Assembly (NCBI GenBank): GCA_000091205.1
Contig: AP006491.2
DNA from: Cyanidioschyzon merolae
Taxonomy: Eukaryota
Direction: 5' to 3' (one strand)
DNA: 64,000 nucleotides
Shown here: positions 33,172 to 43,971 of the stretch, one piece after another
Layout of the letters: each line of letters opens with the position of its first letter
Position numbering within the stretch: position 1 is the first letter of the stretch
The notes under the pieces: model-generated
Seen by the model: only the letters and a program-made list of their open reading frames with translations
The model's database searches: none
Told to the model about the DNA's origin: nothing
Position numbers and translations under genes: made by a program

Positions 33172-35165
33172 CTCGTGGCCTTCTTGCCATTTCCTTTTCG
33201 GTTAGCGCTACGTGCTTTCCTATCTCCCAAGCGGGTCGCTGGCAATTTCCCATCTCGATCCTCTGGAGTTTACAGCCCAGTTCGTGGTGTGTGATTACGA
33301 TGTCCGGAACTCATCTATCGGTATGGTCACGAAACCGTCTGCGCACTCCTTGCACGTTCTTGTCGACGGTGCTGGTATGCTCTCTCTTTGGGTCACCCGC
33401 CGTCCTGCTCCATACGTTACCACGAGCCTCTGACTCTTGTCCTCCTTGAGGACGCTCAACTCATTGAAAAAGCTGGTCAACGCATGCTCCCTTCCCACAA
33501 TACAAGCTCAAACACAGACGAGCTCACGGAAGTTTGGTGTACGCTTTCCACAGCGCCTCGTCATGCGCAGCTTGAGTGTCCATGACCTCTGGAAAATCTT
33601 GAAAATCCGCATGTCGGATCGTCACCTCGCTCATAGCTTCCCTGTGATCCTTCATTCCTGCATTCCATGTCTCAATTTTCTTCCCTGCATTCATGATTCC
33701 CGATTCTCGATAGTATCTCGCGCTCGAGAGCCTCAAAAGTCGCATATCTCTCTGACGTACTCTACCCTCAGTATCATCTTCCGCACGCTTGGGTACAGCG
33801 ATGGTAATGATGTTCGTGTTGCCGGGGTCCGCGCCGACGACAAAGTCGTTCTCCTGCACCTTGTTCGTCGTAGGACACGCCTTCTTGTTATCTTCGTGCT
33901 CCGCCGACGGCGATATCGAGGACGAAACAGGACGAGCTGCCTTCAACTGCCGATCGTGAACACACTAGGATACTCCATCGGTTTCGATGATGCCCGTGAA
34001 TACCGTTTTCTTGCTCGTTTCGAGACGCTCGAAATCGAAGATATTCTTCCAGGGCTTCTCGCGGTTTTCACCGGTGAACCCTGTCTTCCTTACATCGAAC
34101 CCCCGGACAGATCTCCTTCATGATGCCGTAGAGGACTCCGGCGTCGATCGTTCCAAAATCGAACTTGATGATGCATAATGGAACGACGTTGAAGCGCTTC
34201 CCCATTAGGGTCGCCCACCGTTTCAACGACTCTTCGTTTGCTTCCACACCGTGCTCCATATCCGCCTCGGGATCGAGTTGTCGGTCCAGAAACACGAAAT
34301 ATCGCACGACGAGGCGATCGTGTCTTTCCTTGATGTTTTTCAACTCTGATATCTTTTCTGCTGGATTCGGCATCCCCAGCACCGCACGGTGCTCTCCTAT
34401 AACCGCACGGATGACAGAAGCTTCGCTCGTGCTCTCGTTCGACGCCTTCGCTCCGACGAATTCGATCTCATCTTCATTCTGACTATCGTTCGCGATGCCA
34501 TTGATGATGGCCTTTGTCGCTCTGCAAGAGGGGCCCGCGTCCAGCGCAGACACGGCGCGTATCATGAAATGTTCGAGGTTCACGGTCATGCGGTTCTTCA
34601 GGTTCTCGTGGTGCTTCATTGCCCCGTATTCGTAAATATCCGCGTCACCCTTGTATCGAGTACCGTTGGAGCGGTATTTCGCGAAGTTTTCGTGGAGGGC
34701 ATACATTCGCGCATTTCTCCTCGACGTTTCCCGCGTGCCAATCATCAGATGACGAATACAGGTCTTGTCGAAAAATTCTTCCGGAACCTCGACTGTTTTG
34801 GTGTCCATCACGTCGCGATACATATCTCTCGCGATATGCATCAGTGCTACAGCAGCGAAAAGAACACGCATAGAGTGCGACTCGAAACGGGGTCTGATGG
34901 CGTCTCGCAACTTCTGCCTACGTGGATCCTCGATATGTTTGAGAAGACAGGCTTTCACCAGCATCTCGTGGTACTGTCGTCTTTCGTGCAGCTTTTGACG
35001 TAGGGCCTCGCCCTTTTGCTTCTTCGTCCTGTTTCGTTCCTATCCCATTAGCACTGTTTGTCGTTTTTCTCCGCCTGCCGGTAGCAAGGGCCCTTCAGGA
35101 TCCCCGACTTGCACCCGCATAGCTTTGCTTTGGCGTTTTTATTTCGTCAAAACGACCGCACGTCT
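33168..35165 (-). mobile_element. Fanzor element copy B, 3'-truncated; body ~99% identical to copy A, 5' end of a different sub-lineage
   Basis: 33245-34985 is near-identical to 5660-7400 (only a few aa differences in the paired ORFs). The 5'-UTR part 34985-35165 is only ~70% similar to A. 5' terminus aaaaagacgtgcggtcg (rc at 35154-35170) aligns with the F3 terminus. The 3' part ends at 33168-33180 (sense ..MARRPRV), ~45 nt upstream of the RuvC-III codons. Confidence 0.7.
33170..34964 (-). pseudogene. TnpB/Fanzor-like nuclease gene, truncated and carrying the same frame lesions as copy A
   Basis: ORFs 34068..34964, 33524..33946, 33295..33498 plus the MGNCQRPAWEIGKHVALTEKEMARRPRV piece mirror the ORF pieces of copy A, including the same TAG and frameshift. 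Confidence 0.7.
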
Positions 35166-36160
35166 TTTTGGCCTTAGATGAGGGCTTTCTCGGAGGGAGC
35201 GTGGCTTTCGCAAGAAAAACGACATGTGCCCCGATGTGTTACCGAGTAATGAACGCTCAGCGTTTCGCCCGGGGGAGCGATCATCACGTTTCACGATAGA
35301 AAACACTCCTACAATGCGCTTGAACCACGGAGCGCACAGACGAACAAAAATCACCCCTACCCCGATAGAATCGGCAAAAAGCTCGAACGCAAGCGATATG
35401 GTGATATGCCACGTTGCCCAATAGAAGGACGTCGCCAGACGTCCGGTAAAAGTCTTCAATGCTTGGACAAATTGGTTGGTGCTGTTGCATGTGTCTTTTC
35501 TACAAGTGAAACTGAGGCCACCAAATAAATCTTCTAAAGCTATAATAGATGATGATTTCGTCGTTCTCTTCGAGCTCGATCGAACGTACAACGGGCGTCC
35601 TTCACCTCGAATACCCATTGACGCTCCGAGCGTGCCTTGCGAAGCAAGTTTCATCAACTGAACAAACAAACTGACGATCCGGTGGTTCCTATCGATCGTG
35701 ACGTTCCAGGGACTCTGTTATTGCGATTTGGATGGAAGATGCCATTGCTTGAACGATGACTCTTTTTGAGATTGTATCCCAGTGTTTTCAGGATCATAGG
35801 CGCGACTTGGTGAGAAACAGAGACGCCTGTGGCGACTATGATCGTCGCTGTTGCTTTCCGAAAATGGTGATCAACGGATCGTTTTCTAAGATCGACTGCA
35901 AGCGACCTCTATGAATATCGATCTCTGGCACGGAGTGCATCTACATTTTTCTTATAGTTTTCGCCAACCATCTGAGTACGTCGGTATGACTGTCCTAAAC
36001 GAGGAATGCAGTCCTCCTTGGACTGTTCAGAAATGAATGTAAATGCTACATGCAAATCATCTACGATCTACACTATGCATTGCATTGCGATTTCGATCTC
36101 CTAGACATCGCAGCGGAAGTGAAACAGAATTTAGTACAAAGACTACAAGAACGGAAACCT
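35166..36160 (-). repeat. ~1-kb repeat S, copy 1, directly abutting the 5' end of Fanzor copy B
   Basis: Its reverse complement aligns block by block (~75-85%, with indels) to 52740-53753. Example: aagaaaaatgtagatgcactccgtgccagagatcgatattcatagaggtcgcttgcagtcgatcttagaaaacgatccgttgatcacc versus aagaaacaagtagatgcgctctgtgtcagaaattggtattcttaaagatcgcttgaagtcgatagtagaaaacgacctgttcagc. No conserved long ORF. Confidence 0.55.
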
Positions 36161-36781
36161 CGGGCCTCTTTGATGGTAGCGTTCACGCATCCGATAGATG
36201 CCAATATGACACATCTGGTGAAAAAGCAGCTAAACATTCGCGTCGATTCGTTTTCTGGGTCTGTTCAGGGCATGGTGCTGGCATGTGCGTGCTGGCACTC
36301 ACCAGCACTCACTGAACGTTGCTTTGCAGTCGCGAAATGCGAAAGCATCCCGCTCCAACGCGAGTTCGCGGTGATGAACTTGTCTTCAGCATCGCTTCCA
36401 AAGTCCGAATGCGACCAGCAAATGCCTCTTCATGGGAAGCTTGCGGCAAATACCATTTCAGTTTGACATGGATGAATTCGTGCTCGACATTTCACGAGTG
36501 CAGCGCAAGAGGTCAATTCACTGTCCGCTTACACCTGTGCATGCGACGGCAACATAGAAACCGCAAACGAGTGCTCTGCATTCATTGGAAATACCCTGCA
36601 GCATAGGCATCTGGATCCCATCCAATCGTTCAGAGCGCTTTTCCGCACGGCGCTGCTGAGGGCGCACTGATCCGTAAAACGCTTGGGATGTTTCGGAAGA
36701 CATCTCGCTGCCTTTCGAGTCGAGCTTGTTGCGAGAGGAAAACCCAGCAGCCGGGGGACGTGCACGAGTTGCGTTTTTGCT

Positions 36782-37039
36782 ATGAGCGCTGCGCGATCGT
36801 CATCGACGAGCATGGTGAGTCCGGCAGCGCCGGCGGACCCCTGTGCTAGGCTCAGGGAGGAGGCGCTGCGCTGCTTCGGGGAAGCCAAGCGCCAGCCTGG
36901 GGCACACGATACCTGTCGCGAAAAGAAAGAGTGCTATCGACGCTGTCGTGACCTTTGGCTGGCCGAAATACGCAAGGCACGACGTGGAGAGCGACTTCCG
37001 AACCCGGCGGTGACGGGCCAAACGCCGGACACCAGCTAA
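36782..37039 (+). CDS. small twin-Cx9C (CHCH-fold) protein, probably mitochondrial intermembrane-space type
   Basis: C-ARLREEALR-C ... C-REKKECYRR-C gives two Cx9C pairs separated by a short linker, as in Cmc1/Cox19/Mdm35-type proteins. Basic C-terminus. The ORF-track start at 36683 is TTG; in-frame ATGs are at 36782 and 36812. Confidence 0.4.
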   Translation: MSAARSSSTSMVSPAAPADPCARLREEALRCFGEAKRQPGAHDTCREKKECYRRCRDLWLAEIRKARRGERLPNPAVTGQTPDTS

Positions 37040-38025
37040 ACCTCGCTCTGGGTGGTAATCGTCCGCAACCTGTGCGGCCGACTGGGATGATTTCCACGTT
37101 GAAAGCACCTTTGGACTTTGTTGGCTTTTTGGGGAGTCTTCGCAGATCAGAGCTGTTGTCGTCGAGGTTACCCGCGGCCGCCTGCTCGCTGGTCGGCACT
37201 CGAGTCTGGGGCAGCCTGGTGCAGGCGACGTGCTGCGTTCGCTACAAGCAGCGCGTTCTGCGGTATCCGGAACTTTGTTATTCCAAGACCTCTTTTGGAG
37301 CGCAAGGCGCCACAAGCGGTAACGAGCATCCAGTAGCAAGCAAGCAAGCTGGCAGAGACGCGCCCCCGATAAAGTGCACGTGTGCAAGTATGCCTGCAGC
37401 GCTGCCGTCGACAACGGACTTGTCTCTGTGCAGCCAGTGCATGATACCGATATGCGTCCGTTCACGCTTCGTCTGCATCAGGCCAGCAACTGGTCTGATG
37501 ATATTCTCCAGGCAGCGATTGAGATGAACCTGTCGTGGGGCTGTCTGTTTATGGAAGCGCGCCATGTAGGTATACCTTGTCAAGAGTTGGTCGTGGGAAC
37601 AAGGACGCCTCTCCATTCCGTCGTTTTGCGTCTCGTGTAGTACTCGAATCCGATATCCACCGGTGCATCCAAGGCGCTACGTTCAATGCCGTGGAGCGTG
37701 ACCTCGAGACACTGCCGGGTTCCCGCTTCGTGCGTGCCCTTCCTGAGACTGTTTCGCACCGCGTTTCAACATGTATTCGGAAAGGACGCGTCTTTAGCGC
37801 TGCTCCTCGGTTCCATCCATCACAGTCTGGTCGTGAACAGACGCGTCGAACGTGCGCAGCAGAAACGGGAACCCCGAAAACGTCTCGTTACGAGGCCGTC
37901 TCCGCTGGCCCACAGGCCGTATGATCGCGCATTGCACTACGACCAAGTCAAGCTAAAAGCATGTCGTTTACCATTCGAGGTCTGTGCGACCGCGCGCTCC
38001 AACACGTTAGGTTTTTTAGAGAACA

Positions 38026-38739
38026 TCACTTCCACCACGGATTCTCACCAGTTCGAAAGTCGGTCTCCTTCCAGGGTTTGATCTCTACGAACCCGTCATC
38101 ATCCACTTCGGTATGTGCCAGAGCGAGCGACAGCGGAGCCGGACCGCGCACCACCTTCCCTGTACGATCGTACTGCGAACCATGGCACGGGCAAATGAAC
38201 TTGTTCTGTGCTGCGTTCCAAGGCACCACGCAGCCAAGGTGCGTGCAAACAGCATTCAGTGCGTAGGTTTCGAGCTCGCCGGCGTCGTTCACAACAAGAT
38301 ACGTGGGCTCCCCGTTTAGGCCCTGCACAAGGTCACGAGAGCCGGGGGGATGCGTCTTCAGATAATCCTCCTTCTTGATAGGCGTCCCGAGGGCGTCCTT
38401 TGCAATCACACCGCCTGAGCCTTTGTTCTTCAGTGGCGGCACGAAGAAGCTGGCGTACGTGCCAAGCATGATGCTTGCTGGGAGTCCAACTGAACCCACT
38501 AGAATGAGGTTCAGCAGCGTGCGCTTCCCCATATCTGGGATGTAGTCGTCATCGGATCCCGAGGAGCCGCCACCGCTGCCGCTCCCTCCACGCGCGTCAT
38601 CAACTGTACTCGGCCGCGCAAACGTCATGCGCAGCGCCACGCGCTTCCTGCCCAGCGTTGTAGGCTGGCGTTCGACTGCACCAGGATGACACCGAGACAC
38701 CGTTCTAAACGTAATGCTATTTGTTGTAAGCACGAACAT
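38026..38739 (-). CDS. petC: cytochrome b6-f complex Rieske iron-sulfur subunit (plastid PetC) with transit peptide
   Basis: Rieske boxes [11 protein letters not shown] and CPCHGSQYD; N-terminal membrane anchor [28 protein letters not shown]; Gly-rich linker. The presequence [18 protein letters not shown]... is non-hydrophobic with a Phe at position 2. ATG confirmed at 38739-38737. Confidence 0.9.
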   Translation of the reverse strand: MFVLTTNSITFRTVSRCHPGAVERQPTTLGRKRVALRMTFARPSTVDDARGGSGSGGGSSGSDDDYIPDMGKRTLLNLILVGSVGLPASIMLGTYASFFVPPLKNKGSGGVIAKDALGTPIKKEDYLKTHPPGSRDLVQGLNGEPTYLVVNDAGELETYALNAVCTHLGCVVPWNAAQNKFICPCHGSQYDRTGKVVRGPAPLSLALAHTEVDDDGFVEIKPWKETDFRTGENPWWK

Positions 38740-40349
38740 TAGCCAGAGTTATAAACAAAAACGAACCTACAAGTTGAACTCGTAGAAGAACGCAAACGTT
38801 CACACACAACACGAACAAGCAACTCGCCTTGTGATCGTCGACGATGGACGGCAGCGTGCTCGCGATGCAGGGCTTCGGGGGCGCGCGGCGTTGGACGCTA
38901 CCGCCGCCGATGGCGACGCTATAGACGCTGCCGCGTTTTCGCTCGATGTGCCTGCGCTGGAAAAAAGGAACGCTGCTATCGCTTTGAGAGACAGCAACAT
39001 CTGGGTATCACTGTGGTAAATGAAGGCCAGCCACTTACTTTGAGTGTAGTACTAGCAACGAATGGTCCCGTAGCTGAGCCCCAGTGCTCGCGAGTGGCCA
39101 GTGAACTCATACTCTACCTTCTAGGTGGAAGGTCCAGTGAACGAGATGCGCACACGGGACCAGTGTTACGCGCACCTACTCACTGGTGGGTGGCAAGCAC
39201 AAGCCCGAGTCGCCAACCGAGGGCGACGCTTTCCGTGTACGATCACGCAGGAGAGAGGCGGCTCCCAGGATTCATCGTAACAGCCAAGTTTCTCCAACGT
39301 GTTGTGCAGCGAAAGCAAGTTTTGCATCCGCAGGCTGTCCGAGCGCAAACTGACGACGAGACCCGATTCTTTGTCGAGTGAAGCACGCCTCGAGCAGACG
39401 CCGTCTGTGGTACGGCAACGCCGTTCTGTTTCTGTGCTACGACAGCACCGGCGCTACAAGCGCTATTGAGGCGGATGTTCACGGGCAGGCACTCGGCGCC
39501 CGATAGCACGTCTGAAACGCCAGTACATCCGAGACGAAGTATGGATTATGAAACTTGGACGTAAGGCGTGGAATGACGAAAGTTTCACCGCGCGCAGGCT
39601 CCAAGCGCACAGAGTCGCGGCACGCTCGCCTGTGTGAGAAGTTTTCACATGGAACAAAATCCGCTGCCTTTGCTGTTGCCGCTGATTGTTCTCCAATGAC
39701 AAAACATTTACATGGTATTTGGATTCCAGATAGCGAGATGGATAGGTACTGGTGATCGAAAAAGTGTCCATCGTGATGCACTCTACCTCCATGCCCCATT
39801 ACTTATACTTACTTTCGGATGTACTGATCGTTTTGTGCGTTCTGTAGTGCGCCGAGTGCCTGCTTTGAGCAACCGCCTTAGCGCCTAAACTGCTGAAGCA
39901 GATACTGCACGGAGATAGAACGGCGTTGCCATACCACTGAGGGCGCCGGATCGATGAACGCTTCACCTGATACAGCGTTGGAATGCACAATAATTCTGGG
40001 AGCCTGTAGGCTAAACAGACACAACTACTGCCTGCGAAAGCGCGAACCGATATATTAGGAGTCTACTGCGATCCGGGCGACGACCAAACACAGCATCCCG
40101 CGTCTAGTCCCAGAATGAACTGCGTTGCGGACGAGCTGCTCAGGTCTCGCCACAGCGCCCGCTACTGGGGGGAGCACGAAGCACGAGTCTGGGAGACTCG
40201 TCCTGCTCGCGGGACTTTTCGCCTAGAGGGAGGATTCTTCAGAATATGGAAACCTTTTTCCCCGTTTTCAAAGTTTATCGTAGAACGGGAGAGAAATTGC
40301 TGTATCGTTGCTCGCTAGTCGTGAGTCTCTCTTCTTTGTTCTACATAGT

Positions 40350-42945
40350 GCTGTCGATTTGCGCACCAGGGAGATCTGTCAGTTTCGAGTCACGACGCGT
40401 ATGCTGCCGTTGAAGGGAAACGCGATCCTGATCAATAGCGTGCTGCTCTAATGTGCAAGTTGTACTTGCGTTAAAGACGTAGCAAAGTACAGTTCTTCAG
40501 TTCATTTGTGTCTCAAACCTCAAACAAGTGTATTCAACTGTTTTTTCGCAGTATATAACTGAAGCGTTCAAAGTCCGTTACAAAAGATAAAAAAGGAAAG
40601 TTATGGAAAAGGAAGTGGAGGATCCTGGAGGCCCAGTGTGGCTGGCCGCCAGAAAAAAAAACAAAAAAATAGTGCCGAGTCCAGAAGAAAACGAAGCGAG
40701 AAAGAAGCAAAATGGGGGCCCTACGTCGAAGGCTGCAAGAAAGACGTCTGTACAACGAGACGGTGGTGAAAGCCTGTCTTCGTAAACATACCAAGGATCC
40801 GTACAAGGCAAAGTTGCGAGGCGCTATCAGAAACCGTGTCGGGTTGTAATCCATAACGATTATAAAGGGGTCGTCAGTACGAATGCATTTGGCGAGGGAG
40901 ATGTACGAAGACGTGACGCACGTGGAAACAGTCGAGGTTCTGGTCGAGTTTTTCGACAAGACCTCTATTCGTCACCTGATGCTTGGTACGGGGGAATCGT
41001 CGACAAAGAAAGAGCTAGTGCATGCCCTCCACGAAAACTTCGCAGAATTCCGCTTCGAGGGAACTCGATACAAGGGTGACGGAAATATTTACACATGCGG
41101 GGTGATGAAGTACATCACGAACCTGAGGAACCATTTGACTATGAACCCGGAGCGTTTCATGATACGCACCGTCTTTGCGCTGTACTCGGGCCTGTCTCGC
41201 AAAGGAGTATGGGCGATTACCAATGGCATCACGAACGATCGCAAGCATGATGAGATCGAATTCGTCGACAGGAAGGCGTCACGCAGGAGAAGGTTTAAAA
41301 CTTCTGTCATCCGTGCGGTTATACAAGAGCACCGCGCAGTCTTGGGGTTGGCGAATTCAATAGAAAACATATCAGAGTTGGAAAAAGATAAGGAAAGATA
41401 CGATCGCCTCATTCTGCGCTATTTAGTGTTCTTAGACCGAGAACTCGAACGCAAGGCAGAGGTGAAGCTGAGTGAGGAAAAAATGAAGAGTGGAGGAGAC
41501 GGAAGGCTGACCTAATGGGGAAGCGCTTTAACGGCGTTCCGTTGTGCAACACCAAGTCACATTTCGTGAGTATCGACTCCAGACTCTTTTACGGCATCAC
41601 GAAGGAGATCAGTCCCGACTTCAATGTTAGCAGGGAGGACTTCACCGGCGAAAACCGGGAGACGTGCGGTAAGAAAAGTATCTTCTATTTCAAACGTCTG
41701 AAAGTGAGCAAACAAAAGATATTCACTGGGATGATCGAAACCGATGGAGTAGCCATGTGTGCACACTATCGGCGCTTGACGACAGATCGTCCAGTTCCGC
41801 CCGTGACGAAGCATGAAGAGAAGAAGGATGCGGGTCCTGCGATGCAGGAGGTGGAGGATAACGACCTGGTCGTTGACGCGACGAAGCATGAAGATAACAA
41901 CAAGGCGGCTCCTGCGACGCAGAAAGTGCAAGATATCGACTTTGTCGTTGGCGCGGACCCCGGAAACACAAATATCATCACCATCGCAGCACCGAAGTGT
42001 GCGGAAGATGGTACTGACGGTAGTTTACGTCAGAAAGACATGCGTCTATTGAGGTTCTCGAGAGCTAGATACTACCGAGAATCGGGAATCATGAATGCGG
42101 GGAAGAAAATCGAGAGCTGGAATTCAGGAATGAAGGATCACCTAGAAGCTTTGAGCGAGGTGACGAGCCGCGGAGCCGACATTGAAGCTTTTCGGGAGTC
42201 CATGGAAGGTCCGCGTTGCTCATTGGGATACGCTGTGGGAAGAGTACACCAAGCGCCGGTGGGCTCGTCTGCGTAAGAATCTGTATTGTGGTAAGCAACG
42301 TGCATTTGCCAACTTTTTCAATGCGTTGAGCGCCCTCAAGGAGAATGAAAGTCAGAGGCTCGTCGTAGCGTACGGAGCAGAGCGCTGGGCGTCCAAAAAA
42401 GGGACTACACCAGCTCCGTCGACAAGAACGTACAAGGAGTGCGCACGGCGTTTCGCTACGATACCTGTAGACGAGTTCCGAACATCGTATACACACCACG
42501 AACTGGGGTGTACGCATCACAGAGTGGAGATGGAAACGTGCCAGAGGAGTCCTGAGGATATAAAAAAATACGGAGCGCTGATGGAGGGGCAAATGGAAAG
42601 GAGGGCGAAATTTAGCGGATTGCTTGCATTAGTAAGTACACTCAATGATGGCAAGAAACGGATGGAATTCGTGAACAGAGACTTTCACGCAGTGATCAAT
42701 GTAAGATGTGCGGTAATGGAGAAAAGGCCTCGATACTGGACACGAGAGAACTTTGTTGGACAACCTCTCAAAGTGGAACTATATAAGAAAAAGCTGGAAG
42801 CAGTAATGGGTGGCCGGTCCAAAAAAACTGGGAGGCGTCAGCACATCAGTTAGAGACGATTTGTCTAGGGCGCGTTCGCCGCCACTGCTGAACACCGTCG
42901 GCGTCGTTCGACTTTTGCAAAGTGTTCGGTATCGGTGTCGGTGAC
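40350..42945 (+). mobile_element. Fanzor (eukaryotic TnpB-like) element copy C, degraded; core 40524..42844 plus flanks shared with copy A
   Basis: 5' terminus caaacaagtgtattc (40521-40535). 5' leader with ggaggatcctggaggcc. Right-end core gggaggcgtcagcac (42830-42844), followed by atcagttagagacgatttgtctagggcgcgttcgcc, which matches copy A downstream. Confidence 0.75.
40711..42853 (+). pseudogene. TnpB/Fanzor-like RuvC nuclease gene, disrupted by an in-frame stop near 40790 and frameshifts near 41515 and 42200
   Basis: ORFs 40883..41515, 41515..42276, 42182..42853 are homologous along their length to the copy A pieces. Motifs: [48 protein letters not shown] then HHELGCTHHRVEMETC, KKRMEFVNRDFHAVINVRCAVM. 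N-terminus MGALRRRLQERRLYNETVVKACLRKH then stop. Confidence 0.7.
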
Positions 42946-43029
42946 GGTGTCGGTGCGGTGTGCGTTTCAGTTGCTGCCCTGCGCTTTCGAGCATCAGCTT
43001 ATATAACTCTGTGCACACGTGAACTGCCA

Positions 43030-43971
43030 ATGGCTGAGACTTGCTCATTTCGCGGATACTTGAAGGGCCATGGAAACTGGGTAACGGCACTCGCCACGCC
43101 TCCGGACTCCGTAGACACACTGGTTTCGGTTTCTCGCGATAAGACCCTGATCTGGTGGGAACTCACCGGCGAGGAGGGCGACTACGGGCGCCCGCGGAAG
43201 GCCCTACACGGCCATAACCACTTCATAAGCGATGTGTGTCTCAGCTCAGATGGCCAGTTTGCGTTGACGTCTTCTTGGGACAAGGAGTTGCGGCTCTGGG
43301 ATCTGCAGCTTGGTGAGTCGGTCCGACGTTTCGTCGGGCACCGCAAAGATGTGCTCTCTGTGGCGTTCAGCCCGGACAACCGCCAAATAGTTTCGGCTTC
43401 ACGTGATCGCACGATAAAGATGTGGAACATTTTGGGCCAGTGCAAGTATGAGATCGTGGAAGACTCGCATACCGCATGGATTAGTTGCGTGCGGCTATCG
43501 CCGTCTCCGGCGGTTCCGTGTTTTGTTTCGTGCGGCTGGGATAAGCTGGTGAAGGTCTGGGATCTGGCCACCTGCCAGTTAAAGTTTAATCTGGTCGGTC
43601 ATACTGGCTACCTCAACTGCGTCACCATCTCACCAGACGGAAGTTTGTGCGCCAGCGGCGGACGTGACGGCTCGGTGATGCTCTGGGACCTACAGCAGGG
43701 GCAGCACCTGCACACACTCGAGGGAACCGAGGAGATCTATGCGCTCTGCTTCTCTCCGAGCCGCTACTGGCTATGTGCTGCAACTAGCAGCTCCGTGAAG
43801 ATCTGGGATCTCGAAACCAAGTCCGTGGTGGAGAACCTGCGTGATGAATCGTTCTTCGGCCCAAAGACGGCCCAAGCGCCACCGTGTATCTGCATGGCGT
43901 GGTCTTCGGATGGTGCAACGCTGTTCTGTGGACACACCGATAATCTCATTCGCGTTTGGGCTGTCATCTAG
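43030..43971 (+). CDS. RACK1: RACK1 (receptor for activated C kinase 1 / Gbeta-like WD40 protein)
   Basis: [24 protein letters not shown]...[10 protein letters not shown]...[33 protein letters not shown]...[12 protein letters not shown]...[11 protein letters not shown]...[30 protein letters not shown] is the canonical seven-blade RACK1 sequence. ATG at 43030. Uninterrupted single exon. Confidence 0.9.
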   Translation: MAETCSFRGYLKGHGNWVTALATPPDSVDTLVSVSRDKTLIWWELTGEEGDYGRPRKALHGHNHFISDVCLSSDGQFALTSSWDKELRLWDLQLGESVRRFVGHRKDVLSVAFSPDNRQIVSASRDRTIKMWNILGQCKYEIVEDSHTAWISCVRLSPSPAVPCFVSCGWDKLVKVWDLATCQLKFNLVGHTGYLNCVTISPDGSLCASGGRDGSVMLWDLQQGQHLHTLEGTEEIYALCFSPSRYWLCAATSSSVKIWDLETKSVVENLRDESFFGPKTAQAPPCICMAWSSDGATLFCGHTDNLIRVWAVI

